DNA from: Desulfobacteraceae bacterium
GTDB lineage: Bacteria; Desulfobacterota; Desulfobacteria; Desulfobacterales; JALSRD01
Assembly: GCA_027061725.1 (NCBI GenBank)
Contig: JAMOVG010000027.1
Location: 2,416 to 66,415 of the forward strand
Direction: 5' to 3'
Length of the DNA stretch: 64,000 nt
Shown: in pieces, positions 47,035 to 57,388 of the stretch
How positions within the stretch are numbered: the stretch's first letter is position 1
Layout of the letters: every line of letters starts with the position of its first letter
Position numbers and translations under genes: made by a program
Notes under the pieces: model-generated
Told to the model about the DNA's origin: nothing
Databases searched by the model: none
What the model saw: only the letters and a program-made list of their open reading frames with translations

Positions 47035-48409
47035 CGACGAACCGGATTTCGCCAGAGGACTGTCGCGCATTCTCAAACGTGCCCACCCCCAGTGGGAATG
47101 CCTGGCCTGCACCTCCGGAGAAGCGGCCCTGGAAGCGCTGCGGGAAAACGCGGTGGGGGTCATGCTGACCGACCTGCGCATGCCGGGGATGAACGGAATC
47201 GACCTGCTGGAAAAGGCGCTGGCCGCCAACCCGCAGCTGTGCGTGGTGTTGATGACGGCCTACGGCACCATCGAAGACGCCGTCATGTCGCTCAAGCGCG
47301 GCGCCTACGATTTCATCACCAAACCCATCCAGCGCAACACCCTGTGTCACATGGTCGAGAGGGCCATGGAGCGCTACGTGCTGATGGCCGAGAACCGCCG
47401 GCTGCGGGAAATCGCCGCCGGCCTGGAAAGCCGGCCGGTCATGATCGGGGAAAGCCGCGCCATGCAGCAGCTGGCCGAGTCCATCGCCGCCGTGGCGGCC
47501 ACCGACTACACCGTGCTCATCCGCGGAGAATCCGGCACCGGCAAGGAACTGGCCGCCCGCCGCGTGCACCAGCTTTCGCGCCGCAGCGCCCAACCACTGC
47601 TGTCAGTCAACTGCCCGGCCATCCCGGAACAACTGCTGGAAAGCGAACTGTTCGGCCACGTGCGCGGCGCCTTCACCGGCGCCGACCGCGACCGCCGGGG
47701 GCTTTTTGAAACGGCCGAGGGCGGCACGCTGCTGCTGGACGAAATCGGGGACGTCAGCCCCGGCATACAGGCCAAGCTGCTGCGGGTGCTGCAGGAGAAG
47801 GAAATCCGCCCGGTGGGGTCCAGTGAAAAGAAAAAGGTGGACGTGCGCATCCTGGCCACCACCAACCAGAACCTGGAAGACAGGATTCGCGAAGGGTCGT
47901 TCCGTGAAGACCTGTTTTACCGGCTGAACGTGCTGACGCTGACCCTGCCGCCGCTGCGGGACCGCAGCCAGGACATCCCCCTTCTGGTGCACCATTTCAC
48001 CGCCCTCACCTGCCGGGAAATGGGCATGGATCCGCTGGAGATATCCCCCAACGCGCTGGCTTACCTGTCCACGCAGCCGTGGCCGGGAAACGTGCGCGAA
48101 CTGCTCAACTTTGTGCGCCGCATGGTGGTCTTCAGCGCGGGACAGCCGGTAACCCTGCCGCTGGTGAAGCTGGTGGAAAACGGCGGGCTGGCCAACGCCC
48201 CCCGGGGAAACGAGATTCTTTCCTACAAACAGGCTAAGGCCCGCGTTATGGACGACTTCACCCGCACCTACGTCAGCACCGTCCTGCGCCGCACGGGCGG
48301 CAACATCTCCGAGGCCGCACGGCTCAGCGGCCTGGAGCGCGTCTCACTGCAGAAGATCATCCGCCGCCTCAACATAGACGTAGCGGCTTTCAGAAACAAC
48401 GCAGGTTAG
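47003..48409 (+). CDS. Sigma-54-dependent response regulator (NtrC family)
   Basis: The receiver is ILIVDDEP...DLRMPGMNG. The AAA+ domain has GESGTGKE, the GAFTGA loop and ELFGH. The C-terminus has a Fis-type HTH (GNISEAARLSGLERVSLQKIIRRL). A GTG start at 47003 is preceded by AGGAGAAGAG. Confidence 0.85.
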   Translation: MQTNASILIVDDEPDFARGLSRILKRAHPQWECLACTSGEAALEALRENAVGVMLTDLRMPGMNGIDLLEKALAANPQLCVVLMTAYGTIEDAVMSLKRGAYDFITKPIQRNTLCHMVERAMERYVLMAENRRLREIAAGLESRPVMIGESRAMQQLAESIAAVAATDYTVLIRGESGTGKELAARRVHQLSRRSAQPLLSVNCPAIPEQLLESELFGHVRGAFTGADRDRRGLFETAEGGTLLLDEIGDVSPGIQAKLLRVLQEKEIRPVGSSEKKKVDVRILATTNQNLEDRIREGSFREDLFYRLNVLTLTLPPLRDRSQDIPLLVHHFTALTCREMGMDPLEISPNALAYLSTQPWPGNVRELLNFVRRMVVFSAGQPVTLPLVKLVENGGLANAPRGNEILSYKQAKARVMDDFTRTYVSTVLRRTGGNISEAARLSGLERVSLQKIIRRLNIDVAAFRNNAG

Positions 48410-48497
48410 CCTGACAGCCCCAAAGCAAAAAAAGAGTTCTCCCGACATTGAAGACGTGTCGTTTCCCGGAAAGGCTATCGAGAAAGCACGAGCGGTT

Positions 48498-49172
48498 CTA
48501 ATCGTGGATGCGCTCGAACCCCGGCACCGCCACAAAATCTTCCAGACGGTTCAGTCCCCAGGTGGCCAAAGACACCATGAGCAGGTAAATCGCTCCAACA
48601 ATCATAAAAATTTCCATATATTTGAAGTAGGCGGATGCCAGAATCTTTCCTTCTCCAGTAAGCTCAATGCAGGTCACCATGTAGGCCAGGGAGGAGTACT
48701 TGATAAGGTAGATTAGCTCGTTGCCGCTTCCGGGCAGAGCGCGGCGGATGGCCTGCGGCAGTATGATATAAAAAATGGCGCCTGTATGGCTGAAGCCCAA
48801 GGACTTGGCAGCCATCATCTGGCCCTTTTTTATAGACAAGATCGCCCCTCTTACGTACTCCGAATGGTAAGCTGCACTGCAGAGGGAAAAACCGATCACG
48901 GCCGCCATGTAAGGGCTCAAATAAATTCCCACGTGGGGCAGGCCGAAATACCACAGGTATAGCTGTACCAGCAAAGGAAAGCCTCGAAAAAAAAGAACGT
49001 AAGTGCCGACCAGCGCCTTCAGGAAATGGTTGCCGTATATCCTCAGCACCCCCACAAGCACACCCAGAGCCAGCCCGCACACCGCCGACGGCAGGATCAA
49101 TCGGATGCTCATCCAAAGACCGCTCATCAGCGCGGGAGCCACTTCCTGGCGAAGAAACAAAAATTCGTCCAT
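48498..49172 (-). CDS. Polar amino-acid ABC transporter permease
   Basis: It is a His/Glu/Gln/Arg-type permease with an EAA-like loop (AAKSLGFSHTGAIFYIILPQAIRRALP). Confidence 0.85.
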   Translation of the reverse strand: MDEFLFLRQEVAPALMSGLWMSIRLILPSAVCGLALGVLVGVLRIYGNHFLKALVGTYVLFFRGFPLLVQLYLWYFGLPHVGIYLSPYMAAVIGFSLCSAAYHSEYVRGAILSIKKGQMMAAKSLGFSHTGAIFYIILPQAIRRALPGSGNELIYLIKYSSLAYMVTCIELTGEGKILASAYFKYMEIFMIVGAIYLLMVSLATWGLNRLEDFVAVPGFERIHD

Positions 49173-49939
49173 TACCTTTCCGGATTCTCCCAGTATCCAT
49201 GTATGCGGGCACAGAATTCCCGTGTACGGAGATTTTCTGCGGCATAAAGCATCTTCTGGGGTGTACCCTTTTCAACGATCGCACCGTCCTCCATGAAGAT
49301 AATTTCATTTGCCAGAGACTCGGCAAAATCGAACTGATGTGTGGCCATCATCATGGTCATACCTGCAGCGGCTAGATCCTGGATAACCGTCAGCACTTCA
49401 CCGGTCAATTCTGGATCCAGGGATGAAGTGGGCTCGTCCAACAGCATGACCTCGGGTTCCATGGCCAGCGCCCTGGCAATGGAAACGCGCTGTTTCTGTC
49501 CACCGGAGAGCTCCGCCGGATACTGGTCCGCGTGTTCTGCCAGCCCCACCCGTTCCAATTCCCGCAAGGCCCGTCGACGCGCTTCGTTTTTCGGTATTTT
49601 TTTTACCCGCACCAGTCCGATCATGACATTGCGCAGAGCCGTGAGATGATCAAAAAGGTTGAAATCCTGGAAAATCATACCCACTTTTTGCCGGTACTCA
49701 TACACCCGACGTTTGCGAAAGCCCGTTACATCCCTGCCGTGCAGCAGAATCCGGCCGTCGTCTGCAGGCAGTAACAGATTGATACAATGCAAAAGGGTGC
49801 TTTTACCCGCCCCGGAGGGACCTATGAGAACCTTGATGTCCCCCCTGTGCAATTGCAGGGAAATTCCCCTGAGGATCTCTTTTTCCGCGAACCGTTTGCG
49901 CAGGTCCTGAACTACCAATATAGGTTCATCAGCGGTCAT
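49172..49939 (-). CDS. Polar amino-acid ABC transporter ATP-binding protein
   Basis: Walker A GPSGAGKST, LSGGQKQRVSIARALAM and LLDEPTSSLD are present. Confidence 0.9.
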   Translation of the reverse strand: MTADEPILVVQDLRKRFAEKEILRGISLQLHRGDIKVLIGPSGAGKSTLLHCINLLLPADDGRILLHGRDVTGFRKRRVYEYRQKVGMIFQDFNLFDHLTALRNVMIGLVRVKKIPKNEARRRALRELERVGLAEHADQYPAELSGGQKQRVSIARALAMEPEVMLLDEPTSSLDPELTGEVLTVIQDLAAAGMTMMMATHQFDFAESLANEIIFMEDGAIVEKGTPQKMLYAAENLRTREFCARIHGYWENPER

Positions 49940-49952
49940 CTGCCTACTCTCT

Positions 49953-50624
49953 TCAACGGCTATATCCTTTGATGGCTACTTTTTTTTCAATCATCGCCAT
50001 AGCCCGGGTACCGCAAAACGTAAGAACCATGAAGATAATGCCCACCAAAATGTAAAGCCAAAAATGCTGGTAGGTTCTTGCGGCCACGTGGTGGGCGCGG
50101 GTCATCAGTTCGGCCACACCGAGCGCATAGGTGACTGCCGAGTCCTTCAAGATAACGGTGTATTCATTGCTCCAGCCGGGAATGGCCAGACGCAACGCCT
50201 GGGGCAAAATGGTAAAAACAATGGCCTGCCGGTCGCTCATGCCGATGGCCCGGGCCGCTTTCATCTGGCCCTCAGGAAGAGACTTAATGGCCCCGCGGAT
50301 GATTTGAGACTGGTAGGCGGAGCTGATCAGCCCGAGTACGATGATGGCCACGACAAAAGGGGAAAGCTCGAGTTTCAGAGCGCCCAAGATGCCGAAGTAG
50401 AATAGAAACAGCAGCACCAGCAGGGGAATGCCACGAAAAAACCAGACGTACAGGCCAATGCCCCTGCGTACTGCCGGCTTCCCATAAACGTGCCCAACGG
50501 CCAGTACCAACCCCAGAACCAATCCCAGGGCCAATGCCCCGAAAACGACTGCCAAGGTTACCCAGGTGCCCTGCAAGATGTAAGGAAGCCCCTCCAGCGC
50601 CTCTTTCCATCCATTGCCAATCAT
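49953..50624 (-). CDS. Polar amino-acid ABC transporter permease
   Basis: The EAA-like loop is AARAIGMSDRQAIVFTILPQALRLAIP. Confidence 0.85.
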   Translation of the reverse strand: MIGNGWKEALEGLPYILQGTWVTLAVVFGALALGLVLGLVLAVGHVYGKPAVRRGIGLYVWFFRGIPLLVLLFLFYFGILGALKLELSPFVVAIIVLGLISSAYQSQIIRGAIKSLPEGQMKAARAIGMSDRQAIVFTILPQALRLAIPGWSNEYTVILKDSAVTYALGVAELMTRAHHVAARTYQHFWLYILVGIIFMVLTFCGTRAMAMIEKKVAIKGYSR

Positions 50625-50738
50625 TTTCGGCTCCTTGGATAGAACACGTGTGATTCAGTCGCACCAAGAATAAACGGGAAGGGGCGCTGCCTCCGGCAGA
50701 ATCCTTCCCGTTTTTCGTTCAAACGCATCAATTCGACT

Positions 50739-51500
50739 CTATTTCATGTCCCACTTTTTGATTAACTCCTGCCAATAGGGAGACGCCTTGAGCTTTCGCA
50801 GCCCCTCATTGAGGGTCTTGAGAAAACCCGTATCCTCCTTGCGCACCGCATAGCCGTAATTCACATCGGGCTGGCCGTACCGGCCGATGCTTTTCACTGG
50901 AAGCCCTTTGTCCCTGGCTTCTTTGAGGGCTGTGTTGGATACTGCCGCCGCATCGATGCGGCCGTTGGCCACATCTTCGATTGCCAGCGGAGTGGTATCG
51001 TAAAAACGCAGTTCGAACTTGTAGCCCTTTTTAAGCATATGATCTGTGAGCCACTTGGATTCGGCACTACCTCTGAGCAATCCAATTTTTCGGCCGGGTT
51101 CCAAGCACTGTTTTACCGTAAGGTTCGCGTCTTTTTTCACCACCAACAACTGAATCACTTGCCAGTAAGGTTCCGTGAAGTTCACCTGCGCCTGCCGCTC
51201 CGGTGTGATGCTCATTCCCGATGCGATGAAATCAATCTTGCCGGCCTTCAGAGAGGGCACGATGGCCGCCCAGTCTGTGGGCTGGTGCTTTACATTGAAC
51301 TTCATCTGCTTGGCGATCCAGTTAACGGCATCGATGTCGAAGCCTGCAGGTTTTCCGCTTTTATCAATGAAGGTAAACGGAGGATATGCGGCATCAAAAC
51401 CATTGATGTAAACCTTGGCGCCACTCCAAGCCGAACCGGCAGCGCCCAATAGCATGCAAGTGATTATAAGTGCGATCATCCTCAGCGATTTTTTTTTCAT
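50739..51500 (-). CDS. Polar amino-acid ABC transporter substrate-binding protein (family 3)
   Basis: It has a signal peptide and GFDAAYPPFTF...GFDIDAV...ASGMSITPER. Confidence 0.85.
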   Translation of the reverse strand: MKKKSLRMIALIITCMLLGAAGSAWSGAKVYINGFDAAYPPFTFIDKSGKPAGFDIDAVNWIAKQMKFNVKHQPTDWAAIVPSLKAGKIDFIASGMSITPERQAQVNFTEPYWQVIQLLVVKKDANLTVKQCLEPGRKIGLLRGSAESKWLTDHMLKKGYKFELRFYDTTPLAIEDVANGRIDAAAVSNTALKEARDKGLPVKSIGRYGQPDVNYGYAVRKEDTGFLKTLNEGLRKLKASPYWQELIKKWDMK

Positions 51501-51850
51501 TTTCCCAGCCTCCTCCCTGTTTCTGGATGGTTTTCTCCGTCTTTGTCGGCTTCCAAGCCACCCGGCGACCGATCAACACATCGATATCGAAAGCATCTTC
51601 GCCGCGTTGGACAGAATGGTCATCATAGAACACACCGAGAGGGTGGATGTCAACCGGCTCTTACCGGGAAAAACAGGACCAACCGCCGGTATTGGGCAAA
51701 CCGCATGTGCGGGGCAATGCAGCGGCCGCGTCGGCGGGGCTCTCACCAGGCGACATCCGCTTTTCGCAAACGCGGTCGGCAGCATCTCCGGCGCCCGGCA
51801 AAGACGCCATTTCCCCTGAGGTCAGAAAGCCGCGGCCCTTCAGGAATTCA

Positions 51851-52048
51851 TCACCCGCCGGCGATCATGGGGATCAGGTAAATTTCGGCTTCGTCTGGAA
51901 TGCGGGTTTCGGCAAAGTGGGGCCGGGAAACGGTGTCGCCATTGATGCGCACGACGGCATACAGGTGGGCGTTTTTCACCGTTTTGAGCAGGTCGGACAC
52001 CGTCATGCCCTCCTGCCAGGGCCGCGCTTTGCCGTTGACGCGGATCAC
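51851..52048 (-). CDS. ThiS/MoaD-family ubiquitin-like sulfur-carrier protein
   Basis: The protein is 65 aa with a beta-grasp-like sequence ending in the diagnostic C-terminal GG (LIPMIAGG). Its GTG start overlaps the AOR stop (GTGA). Confidence 0.7.
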   Translation of the reverse strand: MIRVNGKARPWQEGMTVSDLLKTVKNAHLYAVVRINGDTVSRPHFAETRIPDEAEIYLIPMIAGG

Positions 52049-54195
52049 CCCGCAACGCCCCGGGCCTCGAGCAGCGCCACCACTTCAGGAAAGTCAATGC
52101 CCAGGCGTTTGACGGTCTCTAGGGTAGGAACGCCGTCGGCCGTCCATCCCCGCCGCTGGTAGACGGCATCCTTGAGCTTTTCGTACTGCTCCTCGCGGAA
52201 CTTGCGCAGCAGGGCGATCTTTTCGGCCGTATGCTTGCCGGAGATGTCCACCCCGTACTTCTCGGTCAGCTGCTTGTCGTAGCGTTCGCTGCGCGACTCG
52301 TACTCGAGTTCGGTGACCGGTCCCACGGCCCGGTAAGGCAGGCGGTCGTGTTCGCGGGTGCCGTATCCCATGCGCAGGTTGAAGATGCGCTGGAAATTGT
52401 AGACCGCCTCGCTCATGCGGACCAGGTCGTCGGGTCCTGCCTTGCGGCCGGTGACGGCCGAGAAGTACTCGGCATACCACTCGACGTGCTTCATCACTTT
52501 GGCCGGATCCTGGCTCTCGTTGTTGTCCTCGGGTACGATGTCGTTCCATGGCAGCTTGCACAGCCCGCACAGGCTGAACCAGGTGCGGAACATGGGAAAC
52601 CAGTGCAGCGCCTCTGCTTTCTGCTCGAAGGTGGGCATGAAATTGTGCACCATGTCCAGGAAGATCAGCCAGGCCTCGTCGTGCTGGGGGCCCTTGAGGG
52701 CCAATCCATAGCCGCCCTGTTGGGCCAGGGACTCCTTGGTCATGTACTCGGAAAACTCCAGCCCCTTGGCCTCCATACCAATGTCCTCCATGAGGGCCTC
52801 GTCGGCTCCGAAGCGCTCTGCGAAGATCTTCTTCATGCGGCGTACGCCCTGGCCCACGATGCTGCCGAAGCCCTCGCCGCGCGCCATCTGGTGGATCAGC
52901 TCCAGCGCGTTCGTGCGGTTGCCGAAACCCAGTTCCAGGCCGCCGGTGTGGGAGCTGTTGATGAGGCCAAGTTCGAAGCACTCCATGACGAAGGCGATGC
53001 CGGTGCCCACGGAGATGGTGTCCAGGCCATAGGCGTCGCAGTAGAAGTTCATCTCCAGGATGGCGTAAGGGTCGAAAATCCCCAGGTTGGAGCCGCAGCC
53101 GGCGATGGTCTCGTATTCGGGGCCATCCACGAACACCCGCTGGCCGGCATAGGGGCCCGTCACCGGCACGAAATCCTTCACCCCGTGGGAGCAGGCCACG
53201 GTGCAACCCATCCAGCACCCGTCGAAACCGGGATCGAAGAGCTGCCGGTAGACGTCTTTGCCGATCAGCCCGGCACGCGGGTCCTGCCCGAAACGGAAGT
53301 TGTGGGTCGGCAGCAGGTCGAAGTCGTTCATGATAGGCACCAGGTGAGTGGTCCCGATACGCGCCATTTCGTTCTGCTTGGGGTCGAGTTCCACGATCTC
53401 GCGGGCGTGCAGCTTGGCCACCTTCTTGAGGGCCTGCTTGTCCGCCGGGCGGTTGGTGTCCAGAGAGACCGAGTCCCAGCGCGCCACGATGGCCCGCAGC
53501 CCCTTGTCCGCAAAGACCGTGCCTATTCCGCCGCGGCCGGCCTGCTTGTAGCGCGCGCGTTTGCGCTTGGGATCGTACCACGAGAAGTTGAGGCATCCCA
53601 GGCGGGTATGGGCCGCCCCGGGGCCGGTGGAGACCACCGAGATGCCCCGCGGGCTTCCCTGGCCGAAGTGATCGGTCAGGGCCTGGGTAAGGGCGTAAGC
53701 ATTGTCCGGCAGCCCCTGAGCCTCCAGAATCTTCACCTGGCATTCGATGCCGTCGATAAAGACCACGACCTGCCCGTTGAATTTGCCGCGGATCTCCAGG
53801 GCGTCGAATCCGGAAAATTTCAGGTAGGGCCCAAAATAGCCGCCCACGTTGGAGTCGATCACCGCGCCCGTCAGCGGAGACAGGGTGGTGACGATGCTTT
53901 TGCCGGAGCCGGGATAGGCCGGCGTCCCCCCCAGGGGGCCGGAAGAAATGCAGATGGCGTTTTCGGGGTCCGACCAGCGGGTGGTTTCCGACACGGCCTG
54001 CCAAAGCAGCCAGAGATCGAAGCCCTTGCCGCCAATGAAAATTTCCTTCATCTGCCCAGTGACCGGCTGGGCGGTCGTCTGCAGACGCTCCAGGTCAACG
54101 TGCAGGGTCTGCCCGGCGTAGCCTTTTTCAACGGTCGGCCGGTCGTAGCCCCAGACGGCCAGCTCTTTGAAGGAGAAATCAGTCATTTTTTCCAT
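52045..54195 (-). CDS. Tungsten/molybdopterin aldehyde:ferredoxin oxidoreductase family protein
   Basis: The AOR N-domain reads YAGQTLHVDL...IGGKGF...GPLGGTPAPGSG. The tungstopterin and 4Fe-4S region includes DGPEYET and CSHG. At 716 aa it is longer than the archetypal roughly 600-aa enzymes. Confidence 0.85.
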   Translation of the reverse strand: MEKMTDFSFKELAVWGYDRPTVEKGYAGQTLHVDLERLQTTAQPVTGQMKEIFIGGKGFDLWLLWQAVSETTRWSDPENAICISSGPLGGTPAYPGSGKSIVTTLSPLTGAVIDSNVGGYFGPYLKFSGFDALEIRGKFNGQVVVFIDGIECQVKILEAQGLPDNAYALTQALTDHFGQGSPRGISVVSTGPGAAHTRLGCLNFSWYDPKRKRARYKQAGRGGIGTVFADKGLRAIVARWDSVSLDTNRPADKQALKKVAKLHAREIVELDPKQNEMARIGTTHLVPIMNDFDLLPTHNFRFGQDPRAGLIGKDVYRQLFDPGFDGCWMGCTVACSHGVKDFVPVTGPYAGQRVFVDGPEYETIAGCGSNLGIFDPYAILEMNFYCDAYGLDTISVGTGIAFVMECFELGLINSSHTGGLELGFGNRTNALELIHQMARGEGFGSIVGQGVRRMKKIFAERFGADEALMEDIGMEAKGLEFSEYMTKESLAQQGGYGLALKGPQHDEAWLIFLDMVHNFMPTFEQKAEALHWFPMFRTWFSLCGLCKLPWNDIVPEDNNESQDPAKVMKHVEWYAEYFSAVTGRKAGPDDLVRMSEAVYNFQRIFNLRMGYGTREHDRLPYRAVGPVTELEYESRSERYDKQLTEKYGVDISGKHTAEKIALLRKFREEQYEKLKDAVYQRRGWTADGVPTLETVKRLGIDFPEVVALLEARGVAG

Positions 54196-54237
54196 TCCCT
54201 TTCTGTTGTTGGATGATCCCCGCCGGCGGCGCGGGCG

Positions 54238-55002
54238 TCAATTCGACTGCTCCGGTCCGGCGTCCTCTTGCAGGCGGCTTTCCCGGTCTTTCATGTAACG
54301 GTGAAACCGCAGCACGTGGCCCTGGGCCAGGATGCGCGCGCTCTCGGTATCGCCGCTTTCCACGGCATCGGCGATGTCGCACAGATCCTGGTAGTTTTCG
54401 GTCAGTTCGCGCTCCTCCATGGAAAGGAAGCGCTCGTAGTAGCGGTGAATGTTGTCGTGCACCGAGTGAAAGACGAATACGTAAACCGGGTTGTGGCTGA
54501 TGCGCGCCAGGGCCATGTGAAAACGCTTGTCCACCTCGATGAAGCCGTCCCGGTCCGGCGGGTTGCGGTGGATGTGGCCGCGGGCCTCGGCCAGCAGCGT
54601 CTTCAGGGCGGCGACGTCTTCGTCCGTGGCCCGCTGGGCCGCCAGGGCCGCCACGCTGCCCTCCATGCCCTCACGAAACTCGGTCAGGTGATTCAGCGAC
54701 ACGCGCCGGGAACGGATGAGCAACCCGAGGCTCTCAGTGGCCCGCTGGGGAGACACCTTCTTGACCACCGCCCCCCCGCGCACCCCCAGGCGAATCTCAA
54801 TGAGTCCCCGCTCTTCCAGCACGCGCAGCGCCTCGCGCAGCGTGCCGCGGCTGGTGTTGAACATTTCCTTGAGCTCTCTTTCGGACGGCAGCGTGTCGCC
54901 GGTTTCCAGTCGGCCCTTCAATATGGCCTCCTGGATCTGGTGCACCACGTCCTGGAAGATCCGGCTCTGGGATGCTTCACGAAACATCGCTTTTTCCGTC
55001 AT
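54238..55002 (-). CDS. GntR/FadR-family transcriptional regulator (FCD ligand domain)
   Basis: The N-terminal wHTH LPSERELKEMFNTSRGTLREALRVLEERGLI is followed by an all-helical FCD-like C-terminus. Confidence 0.85.
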   Translation of the reverse strand: MTEKAMFREASQSRIFQDVVHQIQEAILKGRLETGDTLPSERELKEMFNTSRGTLREALRVLEERGLIEIRLGVRGGAVVKKVSPQRATESLGLLIRSRRVSLNHLTEFREGMEGSVAALAAQRATDEDVAALKTLLAEARGHIHRNPPDRDGFIEVDKRFHMALARISHNPVYVFVFHSVHDNIHRYYERFLSMEERELTENYQDLCDIADAVESGDTESARILAQGHVLRFHRYMKDRESRLQEDAGPEQSN

Positions 55003-55300
55003 TTTTATCGCCTAATGGTTTTACCATTATTAAAGGCCTGTTTTTCTGCTGTCAAGCCAATTTTCCCAGCCTAATTGCAAACAACCGCTCACTTTAAGGG
55101 GACGCCACAACCGCAGCCTGACCGCCACTCGGACACCGGTTTACGCAAACCGCAAGGGCCCGGCATTTCACGGGCGCGGCCGCATCTTGAGCGGGGGCCT
55201 CTTGGTCTGACAGTTCGGCCACAAAAAGCGTTGACAGCCCGAACGGCGTGCGGTAATGGTCAAACCATTACAAATCTATTCTGGCTGTGGAGTGCGTCCC

Positions 55301-57388
55301 ATGAGCGATCAGCGTATTACCCGTCACCCCGTCCTGGAGATCCCCGCAAGAGAAGAAGTCACGTTCACCTTCAACGGCCGTCCCCTGAGGGGGGTTGCGG
55401 GCGAAATGATCGCCTCGGCCCTGATTGCCGCCGGCATCCACATTTTCGGGCACCACCCCAGGGATCACAGCCCCCAGGGCATCTTTTGCGCCAACGGCCA
55501 GTGTTCCCAGTGTCTGGTAATGGCCGACGGGCTGCCGGTCAAGGCCTGCATGACGCCGCTGGCCGCCGGCATGCGCGTCGAGCGCATCGAGGGGCTGCCG
55601 CGCATCCCGGAAGATGACCGGCCGCTGCCCGGTGCCGAGATTCCGGTGCACGAGGTACCGGTATTGATCATCGGGGCCGGCCCGGCCGGCCTGACGGCGG
55701 CCATCGAGCTGGGCAAACGGGGCGTAGAGACCCTGCTGGTGGACGACAAGGACCGCCTGGGCGGCAAACTGGTGCTCCAGACCCACAAGTTTTTCGGCTC
55801 GGTGGAGGACTCCTACGCCGGTACCCGCGGCTTCGAGATCGCCGAACGGCTGGCCGCCGAAATAGAACAGCTGCCCTCGGTGGCGGTCTGGCTCGGGAGC
55901 ACCGCCGTGGGCGTCTTTTCCGACCGGGTAGTGGGCATCGTGCGGGGCAACCGCTACTGCCGCATCCGGCCTCAAAAACTCATGGTGGCTACCGGCGCCC
56001 GCGAGAAGATGCTCTCTTTTCCGGGCAACACCCTGCCCGGGGTCTACGGCGCAGGGGCCTTCCAGACCCTGGTAAACCGCGACCTGGTTCGGTCGGCCGA
56101 ACGCGTGCTGGTGGTCGGCGGCGGCAACGTGGGACTGATCGCGGCCTACCACGCCGTGCAGGCCGGTATCCGGGTGGCGGCCCTGATCGAGGCCCTGCCG
56201 GAGGTGGGCGGCTACCGGGTGCACGCCGACAAGCTCACCCGCCTGGGTGTCCCCATTTTCACGCGTCACACCATCGTGGCGGCACACGGCCAAGACCATG
56301 TCGTATCCGCCACCACGGCCCGACTGGACGAGAAATGGCGGATCGTGCCGGGCACCGAAAAAACCTGGGAAGTGGACACGGTGCTGGTGGCCGTGGGGCT
56401 GGCCGAAGTCAACGAATTCATCCTCAAAGCCCGGGATTTCGGCATGCAGGTCTTCTCCGCCGGGGACGCCCAGGAGATCGCCGAGGCCTCGGCGGCCATG
56501 TTCACCGGCCGCATCGAGGGACTCAAGATCGCCGCATCCCTGGGACTGGCGGTGGGGGAGATCCCCGAAGACTGGTACCGCAAGGCCGAGGTGCTCAAAT
56601 CGCGGCCGGGCCGGATCCGGCAGGCCTCGCCGCCGCCCGCCCAAGAGGGTGTTTTTCCCGTCTTCCACTGCATCCAGGAGGTGCCCTGCAACCCGTGCAC
56701 CTCGGCCTGCCCCATCGGCGCCATCCACACCGAGAACGACACCATCACCGGCCTCCCCTACCGTGAAGAGGAAAAGGGCTGCACGGGCTGCCTGAACTGC
56801 GTGGCCATCTGCCCGGGGCTGGCCATCACGTTGGTCGATTACCGCAAGGATCCTGACCATCCTCTGGTGACCCTGCCCTGGGAGATCCGCCGCGAGACCG
56901 TGGAGGCCGGGCACACCGTGGCCGTCACGGACCGCGAAGGGGCGCTGCTGGGCCACTACGCGGTGCAGCGCGTGCGGGTCAAGAAGGAACACCCCCGAAC
57001 CCTGCTGGTGCAGGTCCGTCTGCCCGCGGAGCTGGCCAAGCGCGCAGCCGGCATCCAGGCGCCGGAGCCGGCCATCGACCCGCTGGAAGTTTACCAGCAG
57101 CAACCGCCGCCGGACGAGGCCGTGATCTGCCGCTGCGAGCGCATCACGGCCGGCGAGATCCGGGCGGCCATCCGCAGCGGGGTGCGCGACATGAACCAGC
57201 TCAAGGCCCTCACGCGCACCGGCATGGGCGCCTGCGGCTCCAAGACCTGCCGGCCCCTGGTGTGGCGCATCTTCCAGGAGGAGGGCATCGACCTCAAAGA
57301 GGTCACCGACCGCGTGGACAGGCCCCTTTTCGTGGAGGTCCCCATGGGGGCCTTTGCCGGCATCGACAGGAGGCGAGACCATGAATAA
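55301..57388 (+). CDS. Multi-cofactor oxidoreductase: N-terminal 2Fe-2S, FAD/NAD(P)-binding, 2x[4Fe-4S] ferredoxin and BFD-like 2Fe-2S modules (sarcosine-oxidase-alpha / OoxA / HcnA-B-like)
   Basis: The modules seen are CANGQCSQCLV...C, two Rossmann motifs (VLIIGAGPAGLTAA and VLVVGGGNVGLIAA), CNPCTSACP plus CTGCLNCVAICP, and CRCERITAGEIRAAIRSG...CGSKTC. I trimmed the start to ATG 55301. Confidence 0.75.
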   Translation: MSDQRITRHPVLEIPAREEVTFTFNGRPLRGVAGEMIASALIAAGIHIFGHHPRDHSPQGIFCANGQCSQCLVMADGLPVKACMTPLAAGMRVERIEGLPRIPEDDRPLPGAEIPVHEVPVLIIGAGPAGLTAAIELGKRGVETLLVDDKDRLGGKLVLQTHKFFGSVEDSYAGTRGFEIAERLAAEIEQLPSVAVWLGSTAVGVFSDRVVGIVRGNRYCRIRPQKLMVATGAREKMLSFPGNTLPGVYGAGAFQTLVNRDLVRSAERVLVVGGGNVGLIAAYHAVQAGIRVAALIEALPEVGGYRVHADKLTRLGVPIFTRHTIVAAHGQDHVVSATTARLDEKWRIVPGTEKTWEVDTVLVAVGLAEVNEFILKARDFGMQVFSAGDAQEIAEASAAMFTGRIEGLKIAASLGLAVGEIPEDWYRKAEVLKSRPGRIRQASPPPAQEGVFPVFHCIQEVPCNPCTSACPIGAIHTENDTITGLPYREEEKGCTGCLNCVAICPGLAITLVDYRKDPDHPLVTLPWEIRRETVEAGHTVAVTDREGALLGHYAVQRVRVKKEHPRTLLVQVRLPAELAKRAAGIQAPEPAIDPLEVYQQQPPPDEAVICRCERITAGEIRAAIRSGVRDMNQLKALTRTGMGACGSKTCRPLVWRIFQEEGIDLKEVTDRVDRPLFVEVPMGAFAGIDRRRDHE

